64,000 bases of DNA from Promethearchaeota archaeon (GCA_013375475.1 JABXKD010000001.1:1-64000), one strand, 5' to 3'; shown: positions 49,291-60,233, counted from the first letter of the stretch. Notes: generated by a model from the sequence alone, not told the origin. Program-made: numbers and translations.

Positions 49291-50460
49291 TTGGATGATT
49301 CACTAAAGAAGAGACCAAAAACTTCACCCGATCAAATTATTAAAAGATTTAAGGAAAGTATGAAAGGGCGAATTACAAACTGGACTAAAGATGAAAAGGT
49401 TGAACTAGAAGCGGATAACCTTGATATTCCTCTGGAAAACTCTACTAAGTTATGTATTGATATGGCACACCAAATAGTAAAAGGAGATTTAAGCGATTAC
49501 ATAGATGACGACTTTAAAATTATAGGTTTTGATGAGAGTTCATATACTAATACAGGAACATATGGAAAAATCGCTGGTTTTAAATTTGGAGAATGTCAAC
49601 TCAGCTATAAAAACGGAAAATACAAGAAAAATTTGATTATGTATAAGCCAATTTTTGCTTACATTGAAGACAACGTACATAAACTTGTTATTTATAGAGA
49701 TGTTATTGAAAATTTCATTAAAAAATTGAAAGATGAATTTTATCATGGCAGTTTAAAATACAATATTGACGATATTGAAGATTGGTTTGAGAACACCTAT
49801 AAGAAAAAAATTGATAAATACATTAATGAACACAATTACTATTATCCTTCACTAGGTCATGTTGTGGACAGAATTCGAACAGCAGATGAAGTATTAAAAT
49901 CATTAATTCGTATAAAAGACGAATCCAATTGGGGAAAAAATAAAAAAGTCGTTTTCTTAGGCGATGGAATTCACATGTTCCGCCAACACATCTTTCCTCC
50001 CGAAAGCTTCATAAAATTTTTTTATAATTTCATACAAACATATGATATTAATTATTTTAGTTTTTCAAAAACGAGTCGCCTTAGGGATGCTCAAGGCAAT
50101 TTCATTTTATTATATTGGGATGATAAAATAAAAACAGACCCTTATATCGTGGAACTACCAGAATTATCAAAATATACAAAAAGTTGGACTTATATTGTGA
50201 GACTTATTGAAGACAGTGCCTCCTTACGCTTTGACATTCCTGATTATTACGACACAAGCGACGCTAAAACATTTCTCAAAAGGCTAATCCCATTTTCGCC
50301 TTATGGCTACCCTTTAAGCTTAACGGGCGCTCATGAAGCAAGCACAATGCTTCCTGTAGAACAACATAACTTTGAGGCTCAATTTGTAACACTTCAACAC
50401 GATCCTAACACAAAAAGATTTATGCAAGTTCGTAGACATAAAGTTATCCCCCCTAAATAA
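49291..50460 (+). CDS. nurA: NurA nuclease
   Basis: IIGFDES, LGDG, FSKTS, GYPLSL..AHE; lies between herA and mre11. Confidence 0.8.
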   Translation: MDDSLKKRPKTSPDQIIKRFKESMKGRITNWTKDEKVELEADNLDIPLENSTKLCIDMAHQIVKGDLSDYIDDDFKIIGFDESSYTNTGTYGKIAGFKFGECQLSYKNGKYKKNLIMYKPIFAYIEDNVHKLVIYRDVIENFIKKLKDEFYHGSLKYNIDDIEDWFENTYKKKIDKYINEHNYYYPSLGHVVDRIRTADEVLKSLIRIKDESNWGKNKKVVFLGDGIHMFRQHIFPPESFIKFFYNFIQTYDINYFSFSKTSRLRDAQGNFILLYWDDKIKTDPYIVELPELSKYTKSWTYIVRLIEDSASLRFDIPDYYDTSDAKTFLKRLIPFSPYGYPLSLTGAHEASTMLPVEQHNFEAQFVTLQHDPNTKRFMQVRRHKVIPPK

Positions 50461-50486
50461 TATTTTAAAATAAGGTGTAAATAAAG

Positions 50487-51797
50487 ATGGTAAGAATTAT
50501 ACAAATGGCGGATACCCATCTAGGATATAGAGCACGAAGAGGTACTATAAATAAATGGGCAATACAGAATTACTCAAGGCCATACGAACAGGAGCTCTAC
50601 GATACTTTTTTAAAAGTTATGGAAGATGTGTCGAGGGTTAAAGATTTAGATTTTTTAGTTCATTGTGGAGACATGTTTCATCACCCCTTTTTGTTTAGCT
50701 CGTATCCCCCTCCAGAACCTGCTAGAAGAACTTTTAAAAAAGGATTAGAAATATTTTTTAGGAATACTCATGGTCAAGTTCCACTTATCTATATCGAAGG
50801 AAATCATGGTATTTTCAGAGGATACGAATATACGCCATTTGAATCTCATATTAAAGAAGGGGAATTTCCGAATCTTTATTATTTTAAAGAGAGGGATTTG
50901 ATTACTGCTATAAAAGAAGGAAAAGCTCTTGATTTAGAATTTCCTACTAAAAAAACTCGTTTCTATTTATTTCCATACTTTGAATTTAAAGGCTTTGAAA
51001 TCTATCAGCAACAATATGACAATTGGATAGATAATCAACTCCCCCCGAAGGGAGATGGATTTATTAATATAGCTATTGCTCATGGCTCTGCAGGTGATGA
51101 CACCTTGCATAATAAAGTTAATAGTGATGACTTAGGTTATGACTATGTAGCGTTGGGGCATGAACATGGCTTAAAAATGTTGTCTAAAAATCATTTTTAT
51201 TCTGGAAGTTTACTGCCATTGAATTTTAAAGAAGCATACGAGAAACAAGGATATCTAATCATAGATATTGATGCTAAAACCAAAAGCTTGAATGTCGAAA
51301 AAGTGTTTACCAATGAATTATTACAACGAACCTTTACAATTATAACGATTGATGTTTATCCTAACCAACCCTCGATAGAATTAGAGAATAAAATAAAAAC
51401 TGAATTAGATAGTTATGTAAATGATAAAGGTTTTAATCCAAAAACTGCTGCTAGATTAAAAATTAATTTTAGTGGAGAAATAACCTTTGAAAAAAATTGG
51501 CAGATAAACGAGATGATGTCCAGAATTAGAAGGGATTGTTTTTCTGAGCTTGATAAGTATAATATATTACAGTTATTATGGAATATTTTAGATATTTCTG
51601 AAAATCTTGAAGACGACATCAGTGCAGGTAGAATCCAAGATTATATATTAGAAAAACCAGATGAAGAGTTTAAAACATTTGTGAACGAGAAGCTAAACGA
51701 GGAACATAGTAATTTTAACGTAGATAAATTAACGCAGATTGGAATGAGAGCTTTGAAAAAGGCGCTAAGAACAATAGAGCGAGAAAAGGAGGTATAA
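50487..51797 (+). CDS. mre11: Mre11/SbcD nuclease
   Basis: ADTHLG, GDMFH, GNHG, AHG, YVALGHEH, YSGS...F.E. Confidence 0.93.
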   Translation: MVRIIQMADTHLGYRARRGTINKWAIQNYSRPYEQELYDTFLKVMEDVSRVKDLDFLVHCGDMFHHPFLFSSYPPPEPARRTFKKGLEIFFRNTHGQVPLIYIEGNHGIFRGYEYTPFESHIKEGEFPNLYYFKERDLITAIKEGKALDLEFPTKKTRFYLFPYFEFKGFEIYQQQYDNWIDNQLPPKGDGFINIAIAHGSAGDDTLHNKVNSDDLGYDYVALGHEHGLKMLSKNHFYSGSLLPLNFKEAYEKQGYLIIDIDAKTKSLNVEKVFTNELLQRTFTIITIDVYPNQPSIELENKIKTELDSYVNDKGFNPKTAARLKINFSGEITFEKNWQINEMMSRIRRDCFSELDKYNILQLLWNILDISENLEDDISAGRIQDYILEKPDEEFKTFVNEKLNEEHSNFNVDKLTQIGMRALKKALRTIEREKEV

Positions 51798-51804
51798 CTT
51801 ATCA

Positions 51805-53910
51805 ATGCAAATTACTAAGCTTGTTTTTAAAAATTTCATGGGTTACAAGCAATTAGAACTACCAAAGGCTAATGAGGAATTACCTAAAGGATTAGTACTT
51901 ATTAGTGGGCAAAATTCTTATGGAAAATCTACAATCCTTGAGGGTGTTCTGTTTGCGTTTTTTGGTCCCAAAATCTTTAGCGGGAGAAATGCTTCTTCCT
52001 TTATTACTTATGGTGAGGCAAAAGCAGAAGTAACAATCTATTTTTCATTAGATAATAAAAAGTATAATATTTATCGTAAATGGAGCAGGACTGGGGCCAC
52101 AACTACTAAATTATTCGAATGGATAAAAAATACTTATCGTGAAATCAAGAATTTTAATATTGAAAACTTTTTTGAAATTTCTACCGAACAGGCATTGAAT
52201 ACCGTTTTCGTAAGGCAAGGCGAGGTAGAAGAGTTAGCAAATAAAAAAGGCGCGGACTTAAGAGAGATGATAATTGATCTTTTTAGACTTAATATAATTG
52301 ACGATGCTTTATCCTACCTCGATAATGAATCTAAAAATGAAAAATATCAAAAAGAAAAACTAGAAAAGAAGAGAATACCAAGTGAACGAATTGAAAAAGA
52401 TATTAATACTGTCACAATCGAGAATTCAGAATTGGAAAAAGAATTAATTGAAATTAAAATAAAAAAAGAGCAACTTGAACAAAAAATCGCAACCCTTCCT
52501 TCAGATGAATTGATTTCTAATTTAGAAAAATTATACCGTCAAAAAGATAAATTAGAAGGATATATCCTCTCCAATAAAAATGATTTTCAAGCTAAAATTA
52601 AGAAAACCTCACTAAACATAAATGATTTTCAACCAATAGAAAACATTATCGAGAAAGTTGACCTTCTAAAGAAAAACAAGAATGATATGATAGTTAAAAA
52701 AAATGTGATTGAAGAAAGACGAGCTGCTACATTTAGAGGATTAGGAAAAACTAAGGGCCGTATTGATGATTCTAAAGCAAAAATAAAACAAATGGAAGAT
52801 AGTTTAAATTTTACTTTAAAAGAAAATGGTATAAAGATAGCTCTCTGTCCTACATGCCAAAATGAGTTAACGAAAGAACACCATGATGAGATGGTTGCAA
52901 AATTTAATAAAGAAATCAAAATCAGTCAGGATAAAATTAAGAGTATTACTAAAATACTTGATAACTTGGATTCAGAAATTAAGTCATTTCAAACTAAACT
53001 AGATGCAATTAAAAATCGAATCACTATAATACAAGGATTAAAAGAAGATTATAACAATTATCAGAAATATGAAATAGGGCTTATAAAAGCTATTGAAGAT
53101 ATAAAGAGTTTCCTTAAAAAAAGTAATTTAAAATTTACAGATTATAGTGCTGAAAAGGTTAACCTACTTTCTATCGAAAAAAAAACACATACAATTGAAT
53201 TACAAGCAAAAGAAAAAGAGTATATTGACAAACAAAAGAAATTTAAGATTAACCAAGATAAACTTGTTAATTTGGAAGAAGAGAAAAGACATATGAAAGA
53301 GTTACAAAAATCTATCGGAGAACTCGAAATTGAAATTGACCATATAAATAAAGCTAAAGAATTTGTCAGAAGGTTTGTGACTGAATACATGGTTGTAAAA
53401 CGTTTAGTAAAAAACATCGCACTAACTACAAATAAGTACATAAAAGATTTTACTTCTGGCCAATATAGCGATTTACTTCTAGATCTATCAGGAACAAGAA
53501 AGACAGGACTATCTCTTAAAATTAAAGACAATTTTAATGGAGTTCATGAATCAATTGAGGTTCTCTCGGGAGGAGACAAAACTGCGTTAGGGATTGCTCT
53601 TCGATTAGCTATATCAGAATTGATGAGTAAAATTCGACCGATAAAAGAATCTCCTAAGAAAAATCCTAAGGTCGATATTTTACTATTAGACGAGCCCTTA
53701 GCCGCACTTGACGCAACTCGAAGAGAGAGAATTCTTAAACATTTAATAAAATCAAAAACATTTTCACAAATTTTTCTTATTACGCATACAGATATCCCCT
53801 CAGATATCAACGCGCATAAAATATTTGTGAGCAAGGACCATTCAACTGGTATAAGCACTGCAAATTTTAAGAGAGAAACTAAACCAATTAGTTCCTTGTT
53901 AAATCCTTAA
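51805..53910 (+). CDS. rad50: Rad50/SbcC ATPase
   Basis: GQNSYGKST, Q-loop VRQGE, CPTC zinc hook, LSGG, LLLDEP, ITH. Confidence 0.93.
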   Translation: MQITKLVFKNFMGYKQLELPKANEELPKGLVLISGQNSYGKSTILEGVLFAFFGPKIFSGRNASSFITYGEAKAEVTIYFSLDNKKYNIYRKWSRTGATTTKLFEWIKNTYREIKNFNIENFFEISTEQALNTVFVRQGEVEELANKKGADLREMIIDLFRLNIIDDALSYLDNESKNEKYQKEKLEKKRIPSERIEKDINTVTIENSELEKELIEIKIKKEQLEQKIATLPSDELISNLEKLYRQKDKLEGYILSNKNDFQAKIKKTSLNINDFQPIENIIEKVDLLKKNKNDMIVKKNVIEERRAATFRGLGKTKGRIDDSKAKIKQMEDSLNFTLKENGIKIALCPTCQNELTKEHHDEMVAKFNKEIKISQDKIKSITKILDNLDSEIKSFQTKLDAIKNRITIIQGLKEDYNNYQKYEIGLIKAIEDIKSFLKKSNLKFTDYSAEKVNLLSIEKKTHTIELQAKEKEYIDKQKKFKINQDKLVNLEEEKRHMKELQKSIGELEIEIDHINKAKEFVRRFVTEYMVVKRLVKNIALTTNKYIKDFTSGQYSDLLLDLSGTRKTGLSLKIKDNFNGVHESIEVLSGGDKTALGIALRLAISELMSKIRPIKESPKKNPKVDILLLDEPLAALDATRRERILKHLIKSKTFSQIFLITHTDIPSDINAHKIFVSKDHSTGISTANFKRETKPISSLLNP

Positions 53911-53969
53911 CATTTTAGATTTAGTTCAAATATTAAAAAAAAGAAAGATTGAAATTTTTTTAAAATTGT

Positions 53970-54164
53970 TTATAAATCTCGTGCTTTTACTGTTTTTCGA
54001 CCGTTGCCCTTAGCGCGTTCGCAAGCTTTGTCAAGAATCCAAACGATCATTTCATTTAACGCTTCTCCGTCAAGAACACCAGAGCTTGTATTAAGATTGT
54101 TAGATTTAATATATTCCCGAACTTTAGATTTTACAAATAAGGGTTCTACCTTTTTCTTAGCCAT
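53970..54164 (-). CDS. histone-fold protein, face-to-face (HTkC-like) type
   Basis: LFVKSKVREYIK...ALNE....ILDKACERAK.NGRKTVKARDL; ends directly after RDL, so alpha3 is truncated. Confidence 0.85.
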   Translation of the reverse strand: MAKKKVEPLFVKSKVREYIKSNNLNTSSGVLDGEALNEMIVWILDKACERAKGNGRKTVKARDL

Positions 54165-54497
54165 TATTTTCTTCCTCTTCTTATACTTTTATTAAATTCT
54201 AGTGAAAAGTAGTAAAAAATCAGAATAAAATTGATTTTTTATTATTTAATATTATTACAATATGAGTTTTTAAATCTTATTACAAACCCTTAATAATTCT
54301 TCTATTTCTACCATCCTTGAACCTATTTGAAAGTCCAACCATTCATTTTAAATCTATAATTCTGTTGGCGTGGAGTTAATTAAAGAAAAATATCACATCC
54401 AATTAGAATAACCCAAGCAAAAACTTCAATAATAATTAAGAAAAAAAAGAGAGATTTTTTGTTTTAGCGAAGGGAAATTAAAGTTTAATTTCACTAT

Positions 54498-54794
54498 TTA
54501 TTTTGGTGGAGCAAGCACTATTTCAATACTTGAAACATTGTTGCTTTGTCCATTTTCTCCTTCAAGTTGTTCTGTGGAGAGCCTGATTTCTTTGTATTCA
54601 GTTCCTTTTAAGAATCGGTTTCTTAAAATTTCACACACATCAACTGCGTGGGAAATAGCTCTACCTCGGGCCTTGACGGTACAATCCTCACCCTTGTTAA
54701 GGATCATCATTGTAGCCATTACATAATTCATGGTAGGGCGTCGACCAACAAAAACACTATTTTCTTCTTTTGACCTACTTGCATCTTTTGCCAT
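54498..54794 (-). CDS. albA: DNA/RNA-binding protein Alba
   Basis: VFVGRRPTMNYV, VKARGRAIS.AVDV.E, NVSSIEIVL. Confidence 0.95.
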   Translation of the reverse strand: MAKDASRSKEENSVFVGRRPTMNYVMATMMILNKGEDCTVKARGRAISHAVDVCEILRNRFLKGTEYKEIRLSTEQLEGENGQSNNVSSIEIVLAPPK

Positions 54795-55033
54795 AATATT
54801 TACCTCTATGCTTTATTTTATGTTGTTTTAATTTTGTATATCTTGTTATACTGTATTGATGTTCTCTCGTAATTTTTTTATTACGATTTTATATTACATT
54901 TTTTTAAAATATTCTCTTTCATAAAAATATTATTGTCATCTTAATAACTTGATCTAATATTCTGTACTTAATTTAGATTTGTTACAAGTGAGTTTCTTCT
55001 AGAAATTTGTCTTAAAAAAAAAAATAATTAGTC

Positions 55034-55261
55034 CTACATACCTTTCATTCTTACGCCTAAAAACATCAGAAACCACGCAAGAAAAACACAGGTCATTCCA
55101 ATAATTCCATACCATTCATCGGAACTGAATGTTCCAATAGCTATAGGTGGTAATATGCCAGTAAGGTGTCCAAATATAATATCAACTAAAAGAAACAAAC
55201 CTATTGCTAAGAACAAGAATGATATTGTTACGGTAAATTTTGAAGGTGGAGTCCAAGCCAT
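55034..55261 (-). CDS. small 2-TM membrane protein
   Basis: MAWTPP followed by two hydrophobic helices, ending GVRMKGM. Confidence 0.75.
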   Translation of the reverse strand: MAWTPPSKFTVTISFLFLAIGLFLLVDIIFGHLTGILPPIAIGTFSSDEWYGIIGMTCVFLAWFLMFLGVRMKGM

Positions 55262-55344
55262 TTAATTTCACTAATTTCATTATTAAATTTGGTATCTAGG
55301 AAAAATGCATAATAACTATAAATACTTAATTTTAGAAGATAATT

Positions 55345-55980
55345 CTATTCCTCTTCTTGAGGTTGCGTATCAATATCTTTCTTATCTTTCTTATTATCTT
55401 TGACTTCTTCCTCGTGTTGCTCTTTGATAACATCGCTAACTATGCTAATAATAAGAAGTACTGAAATTACAACTAGTAATGGAATCAATAAACCAGATTC
55501 AGTTAAAAAGATTTTCACCCAACCTATATATGGTATACCTCCTATAACCACTCCTATTACTCGAGATTCTGGGATATCGACTGCATCCGGTAAGGAGTTA
55601 GCATCCCCTTTAGTTCTGAAATACCAGGTATCGCCTATCTGATACTTATCGATAACGCGATGAACAATAGGTTCTTGAGGAGCACCGGGCCACAAACCTC
55701 TAGCGTCAAACACTATCACATCTCCGTCTTTATCTACGGCAGTTCCATTTTTTATATCATCTGCGTCCATTCCCGCTACGAATAATAGGTCTCCTTTGTG
55801 GATATTAGGTTCCATTGAGCCACTAATTACTACTACAATAGGAGACTCCGTATTAAAAGAAACTTGTAAGATAAAATACACCAGATAAGAACCAAAGAAC
55901 GCTGTAATTATCAATACTACTGCTATAATTATTTTTTTGTGAGGTATCGGTTTTTTAACTTTTTCGCTTGCGTTCTTCAT
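55345..55980 (-). CDS. sec11: archaeal signal peptidase I (Sec11/SipW type)
   Basis: VVISGSMEP, GDLL, PIVHRV, TKGDAN, IPYIGW. Confidence 0.93.
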   Translation of the reverse strand: MKNASEKVKKPIPHKKIIIAVVLIITAFFGSYLVYFILQVSFNTESPIVVVISGSMEPNIHKGDLLFVAGMDADDIKNGTAVDKDGDVIVFDARGLWPGAPQEPIVHRVIDKYQIGDTWYFRTKGDANSLPDAVDIPESRVIGVVIGGIPYIGWVKIFLTESGLLIPLLVVISVLLIISIVSDVIKEQHEEEVKDNKKDKKDIDTQPQEEE

Positions 55981-56228
55981 GTATTACTCAATCGATTTTT
56001 ACATATACTCTTTCTCTTGTCTAAATAAATAAATATGCTAATATAAATTTTGTTCTAACAAGCTGATAGGATTTGATATATTATGTTGGGAGAATAGAGT
56101 CGATTTTTGATCAAATAGGTGTCTAGTAAATTTTGAGATAGTATTTTATAGTATACCATCTTAATCTACTAGTATTGTTTTCGTAATAACACAATTATTA
56201 AGAACTTTATTGGGTGAGGTGTTTCTAG

Positions 56229-56744
56229 ATGATTATGGAAGATCCTGTTTTAAAAGATTACATTATAGGAGATATTGTTAGAGAAGCTGAAGAAAAAGGA
56301 TTAGTCATAGAAAAAGTTTTTGTCGAAAATTTTATAAGTAATTTCATTAATGAATACGAACGATTACCAAAAAAGAACGAAATTAAACCTATTGTTTCAA
56401 GTTACCTTAAAATGCTTGAATCTAGTTCACCTGTTACAGAGATTCACCACGAATCTACTGTTCTTAAAGACAATTCTACTGTGATCGATCCAGTTGTTAA
56501 AAAATTCATTCAGAAAAAGAACTTGATTAATTCTATCAAGAACGAAGGGCTCTTTACCCACTCAGGAGAAATTTTAACAGTCCCAAAACCAATAGGACGC
56601 CGGTTATGTCCAATATGTACCAACGAAAATTGGTACAAAATTCACGAATCGATTGATAAAAACGATATCATAAGTCACTTTCCGCGAGTATATGGCAAAA
56701 TTTATACTTGCAGTGGCTGTGGTTGTGTATGGAAAGAAAGATGA
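56229..56744 (+). CDS. hypothetical protein with C-terminal Zn ribbon shared with 20667-20855
   Basis: GRRLCPIC..IHES.DKN.IIS..PRVYGK.Y.C..CG..WK. Confidence 0.75.
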   Translation: MIMEDPVLKDYIIGDIVREAEEKGLVIEKVFVENFISNFINEYERLPKKNEIKPIVSSYLKMLESSSPVTEIHHESTVLKDNSTVIDPVVKKFIQKKNLINSIKNEGLFTHSGEILTVPKPIGRRLCPICTNENWYKIHESIDKNDIISHFPRVYGKIYTCSGCGCVWKER

Positions 56745-56925
56745 ATCCACGAATGTGAAGGATTCAATTTTTTACTCGTTCTATAAGGTTTTACTCATTA
56801 CTTAATGAAAAATTTTAGTTAGGATTCCTATGTTTTTAAACTATAATTTTTAAATAGTTCTAGATTTAAAATTATAATATATTCAAATAAAGAAATTTAA
56901 GTATCAAGAATTAGGTGTATGAAAT

Positions 56926-57885
56926 ATGGAAGCCGATTATGCCATTATTCATAATCCCACTGCTGGGGGCTCAAACCAAGCAGTGAAAGATATGGAATAT
57001 GCAAAAAAGTGTTTAGACGATCTTAAACTGTCCTACAAATTTTTTAAAACGGAATATGCTGGTCATGCAATAGAACTAGCGTCTCAATTAGCTAAGGAAG
57101 GATATCGAGTAATTGGTGCGGGAGGAGATGGAACATGTAATGAAGTCCTCCATGGAGCAATTAGCTCAAAATCCGGTGCTTTATGCGGTTTCATTCCTAT
57201 GGGATCAGGAAATGATATTCCTGCAGTAATAGGAATAACTCCTGATATAAAGAGGGCTTGTGAAATAATTGCTGAAGGATATTCTAGTAAATCGGATATA
57301 GGATTCGCTAAGACTGATGAAGGTGTCGAAAGATACTTTCTAGGAGTTGGATCACAAGGTTTTGATGCTGAAGTGGCGAGAAGAGCAAATGAGAATCAAG
57401 AAAAAAATTATAATGCGATTGTTATCAAAACTTTATTCGCTTGGAAGAGTAGAGAAATTAAAGTTATAATGGATAACGATAGTTTTGAAGGAATGGCAAA
57501 TCTAACTGCAGTAGGAAATGGAGGTGCGTATGGAGGGGGAATGTATGTGTGTCAAAAGGCAAGTATAGAAGACGGGTTATTTGATATAAGCGTAGTAGAC
57601 ATAGGAAAAATAAAGCTCCTCTTTCAATTTAAAAGAATGTATAGCGGCTCGCTATTACCCCATCCTGATGTTTATGAGTATCAGAGCAAAAAGGTTCGAA
57701 TTGAGATGTTAAAATCTGAAGATAAGCCATATCTTTGCCAAGTTGATGGTGAAGTGTTAGGTAGTTTACCAGTTACTTACGAAACTATAAAAGATGGTTA
57801 CGAATTTATTCGTCCAAAAATTAATGAAGTCGCAGAAGCTTTTAAAGAGAAGTATGGACACTATTATTACGAATGTGATCATTGA
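56926..57885 (+). CDS. diacylglycerol/lipid kinase family (YegS/DgkB)
   Basis: NPTAG, GGDGT.NEV, PMGSGND, GFDA, YGGG, QVDGE. Confidence 0.92.
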   Translation: MEADYAIIHNPTAGGSNQAVKDMEYAKKCLDDLKLSYKFFKTEYAGHAIELASQLAKEGYRVIGAGGDGTCNEVLHGAISSKSGALCGFIPMGSGNDIPAVIGITPDIKRACEIIAEGYSSKSDIGFAKTDEGVERYFLGVGSQGFDAEVARRANENQEKNYNAIVIKTLFAWKSREIKVIMDNDSFEGMANLTAVGNGGAYGGGMYVCQKASIEDGLFDISVVDIGKIKLLFQFKRMYSGSLLPHPDVYEYQSKKVRIEMLKSEDKPYLCQVDGEVLGSLPVTYETIKDGYEFIRPKINEVAEAFKEKYGHYYYECDH

Positions 57886-57912
57886 ACTAAAAGCATTAAC
57901 CTAAAGAGAATC

Positions 57913-58539
57913 ATGCCTGACTGGGACGACATATTCGCTAAAAAAGGTAAATATTTCACAAAATCTCACCCCGATATGGAGAGAATAGCGAATATTTTTA
58001 GCGAAAATGGGATAAGACGAGTCTTAGATTTGGGTTGCGGAACTGGGAGGCATCTTTTATTTTTACTAAAAAAAGGGTTCGAAGTTTATGGTCTTGATGG
58101 GTCTCCGAGTGGTATAGAAATAGCAAAAAATTGGTTAGCTGAAGAGAATCTATCTTCGGAACTAGTTTGTCAAAAAATTGAACATAAATTTCCCTATATT
58201 GACGGGTTTTTTGATGCTGTAATCTCAATACAAGTAATGCACCATAATTTAATGAAGGATGTTCTGTTTACCGTCAATGAAATAATTCGCGTTTTAAAAC
58301 CAGGCGGCCATATGTTTCTTACATTCCCACTACTTCAAGGCTTTTACATTAACAAGCAAGACATGAAAAGGGTTGAGACGAGAACTTATATTCCATTAAC
58401 AGGTCAAGAAAAAGGACTTCCTCATCATTTTTTTACAGTTTCAGAAATAAAAAGAGTTTTTGGGGCTTTTCATCTATCGGAGATATACATTGATAAAACT
58501 AACCATCGCGCAATCTTAGGACAAAAAATTGAGACATAA
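57913..58539 (+). CDS. class I SAM-dependent methyltransferase
   Basis: VLDLGCGTGRH, FDAVIS, RVLKPGG. Confidence 0.9.
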   Translation: MPDWDDIFAKKGKYFTKSHPDMERIANIFSENGIRRVLDLGCGTGRHLLFLLKKGFEVYGLDGSPSGIEIAKNWLAEENLSSELVCQKIEHKFPYIDGFFDAVISIQVMHHNLMKDVLFTVNEIIRVLKPGGHMFLTFPLLQGFYINKQDMKRVETRTYIPLTGQEKGLPHHFFTVSEIKRVFGAFHLSEIYIDKTNHRAILGQKIET

Positions 58540-58567
58540 TATTTTTGGTCAATTAACGACTATTAAT

Positions 58568-59737
58568 TTATTTAATATCTTTATTTGATCGCGAACGTAA
58601 ATACAATACAACAACAGCTATACCTACTATTGGGATAATAATTATAACGAATATGAATAATTCAGAGTCTAAGAGGTCAAGATCACCGCTCCACGGAAAG
58701 CTCCCTTGAAATGGATTGGTCCCTTCATAGTAATTATTATAAATAAATTGTTCTACAGTTTTCCCAGTTATCTCTAGACTGGTACTTGAGATATGAGAGA
58801 GATCGTCGCCGGTAGTGTGATGATATGGCCATTCAGCCGGAGTGTCCCAAAATTTAATAATTAAATCAGCTGATGGAATCCCATAATCTACGAATGCTAC
58901 ATGGTCGTCATATATTCTGTTAACTGTAGGATAAGAAGGAAACGCACTTGTAAAGCCTAATTGCCTTCCAGTCTCAAATAGTTCATCTAACAGTGAGGAT
59001 GTTGAATATGTCTCACTAATAAAACGGAGATTATCTCCTCCAACCATGTCTAATAAAATCATTGCATCAAAAGTTTCAGCAGAAGAATTATGAAAATTTT
59101 CTATATCTTGTACAAACTTACTAGAACCTTCACACCAATCCCAACCTGATAAACCAATACCAAAATCATAACCTTGATCCTCTGCATCAAAAAAGAGAAA
59201 CCAAATTTGAACAGAAAGATTATGTCTTTTTTCATATAACACCCTGGCAAGTTCTATTAAAACTGCGCTTCCACTCGCCCCATCATTTGCTCCAGGTACG
59301 GGCAAATCAGGATTTGTCGAATCCTTAGTAGCTTTAGCCCTAGAATCATAGTGAGTGCCTAGGATTAGGATGTTTGAATAATTTTCGTTCATTTTAAACA
59401 GAACATTTTGACAACCGATGGATTGAACTGTAAAATTATGAAGCGTAAAACTAATCATAGGATCGATTAATTGAAATTTATTTATAAAATATTGAGCACA
59501 ATCTTCCCTACCTTGAGTACCAGGTATTCTATAGTGTGTTGTGTTGATGTTTATTTGGTCGGCTACATAATTGTATGCAGTATCGCCATCGAATTGCAAT
59601 TCAATATTAATATTTGTGATCTCATTATCGTTAAATAAAAGGAAAATTGGAACGGTGATAGGTATAACTACTGCTAACGCAATTAATGTGATTACAATTA
59701 TTTTGTTAGATTTTTTTATTAAAACCACCAATACCAT
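58568..59737 (-). CDS. M28 peptidase (glutaminyl-peptide cyclotransferase-like), membrane-anchored at both ends
   Basis: HYDSR, GANDGASG, FDAED, LLDMVG, DDH, YHHT..D; N- and C-terminal TM helices. Confidence 0.88.
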   Translation of the reverse strand: MVLVVLIKKSNKIIVITLIALAVVIPITVPIFLLFNDNEITNINIELQFDGDTAYNYVADQININTTHYRIPGTQGREDCAQYFINKFQLIDPMISFTLHNFTVQSIGCQNVLFKMNENYSNILILGTHYDSRAKATKDSTNPDLPVPGANDGASGSAVLIELARVLYEKRHNLSVQIWFLFFDAEDQGYDFGIGLSGWDWCEGSSKFVQDIENFHNSSAETFDAMILLDMVGGDNLRFISETYSTSSLLDELFETGRQLGFTSAFPSYPTVNRIYDDHVAFVDYGIPSADLIIKFWDTPAEWPYHHTTGDDLSHISSTSLEITGKTVEQFIYNNYYEGTNPFQGSFPWSGDLDLLDSELFIFVIIIIPIVGIAVVVLYLRSRSNKDIK

Positions 59738-59799
59738 TTCGTGAAATTATTATATATTACCTGACAAAATTAAAATAAAAAAAAATAAAAAAATTGTGT

Positions 59800-60222
59800 T
59801 TAAGCGGGTTCGAAACCTAAATCAACTCTAGTTTCTCCTTTTAAATCTGTTTCAAGGAATTTAACTTTTACAGAAGTGCCAATTTTGATAGTTTCTGGAT
59901 GCTTTTCGTCAACCCCAATCAATTGTCCAGAAATCATTGGTCCTTCGTCAAGTTTAATAACTGAAAAGCAATAAGGATTTTTAATAGAATATCCTTTATC
60001 AGACATAAAAGTTGCTCCTACACCAATGCAAGAAAAGGCGGCTAGTTTTCCGTTACCTGACATTTCTATCCATTCGAGATTCGTGGAATTGCATTTAATG
60101 CATAGCTTTCTTGAGGGTACATAAGTTTCACCACAATCCTTGCATTTCGAGCCCATTAGTTTTCTACTTTGTAAATATTCTAAATAACTTTCCATTGTAA
60201 ACTCTTTTTCATTTTCTGACAC
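59800..60222 (-). CDS. DUF35 Zn-ribbon/OB-fold protein (thiolase partner)
   Basis: CKDCG....P.R..C..C, PY...IKLDEGP; GTG start at 60222 after a GAGGTG RBS. Confidence 0.9.
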   Translation of the reverse strand: MSENEKEFTMESYLEYLQSRKLMGSKCKDCGETYVPSRKLCIKCNSTNLEWIEMSGNGKLAAFSCIGVGATFMSDKGYSIKNPYCFSVIKLDEGPMISGQLIGVDEKHPETIKIGTSVKVKFLETDLKGETRVDLGFEPA

Positions 60223-60233
60223 GATATACACCT

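Noticed and set aside
47491-50460. HerA-NurA as a HerA-based antiphage system
   Set aside because: It is contiguous with mre11 and rad50 in a housekeeping context, so DNA repair is the simpler explanation.
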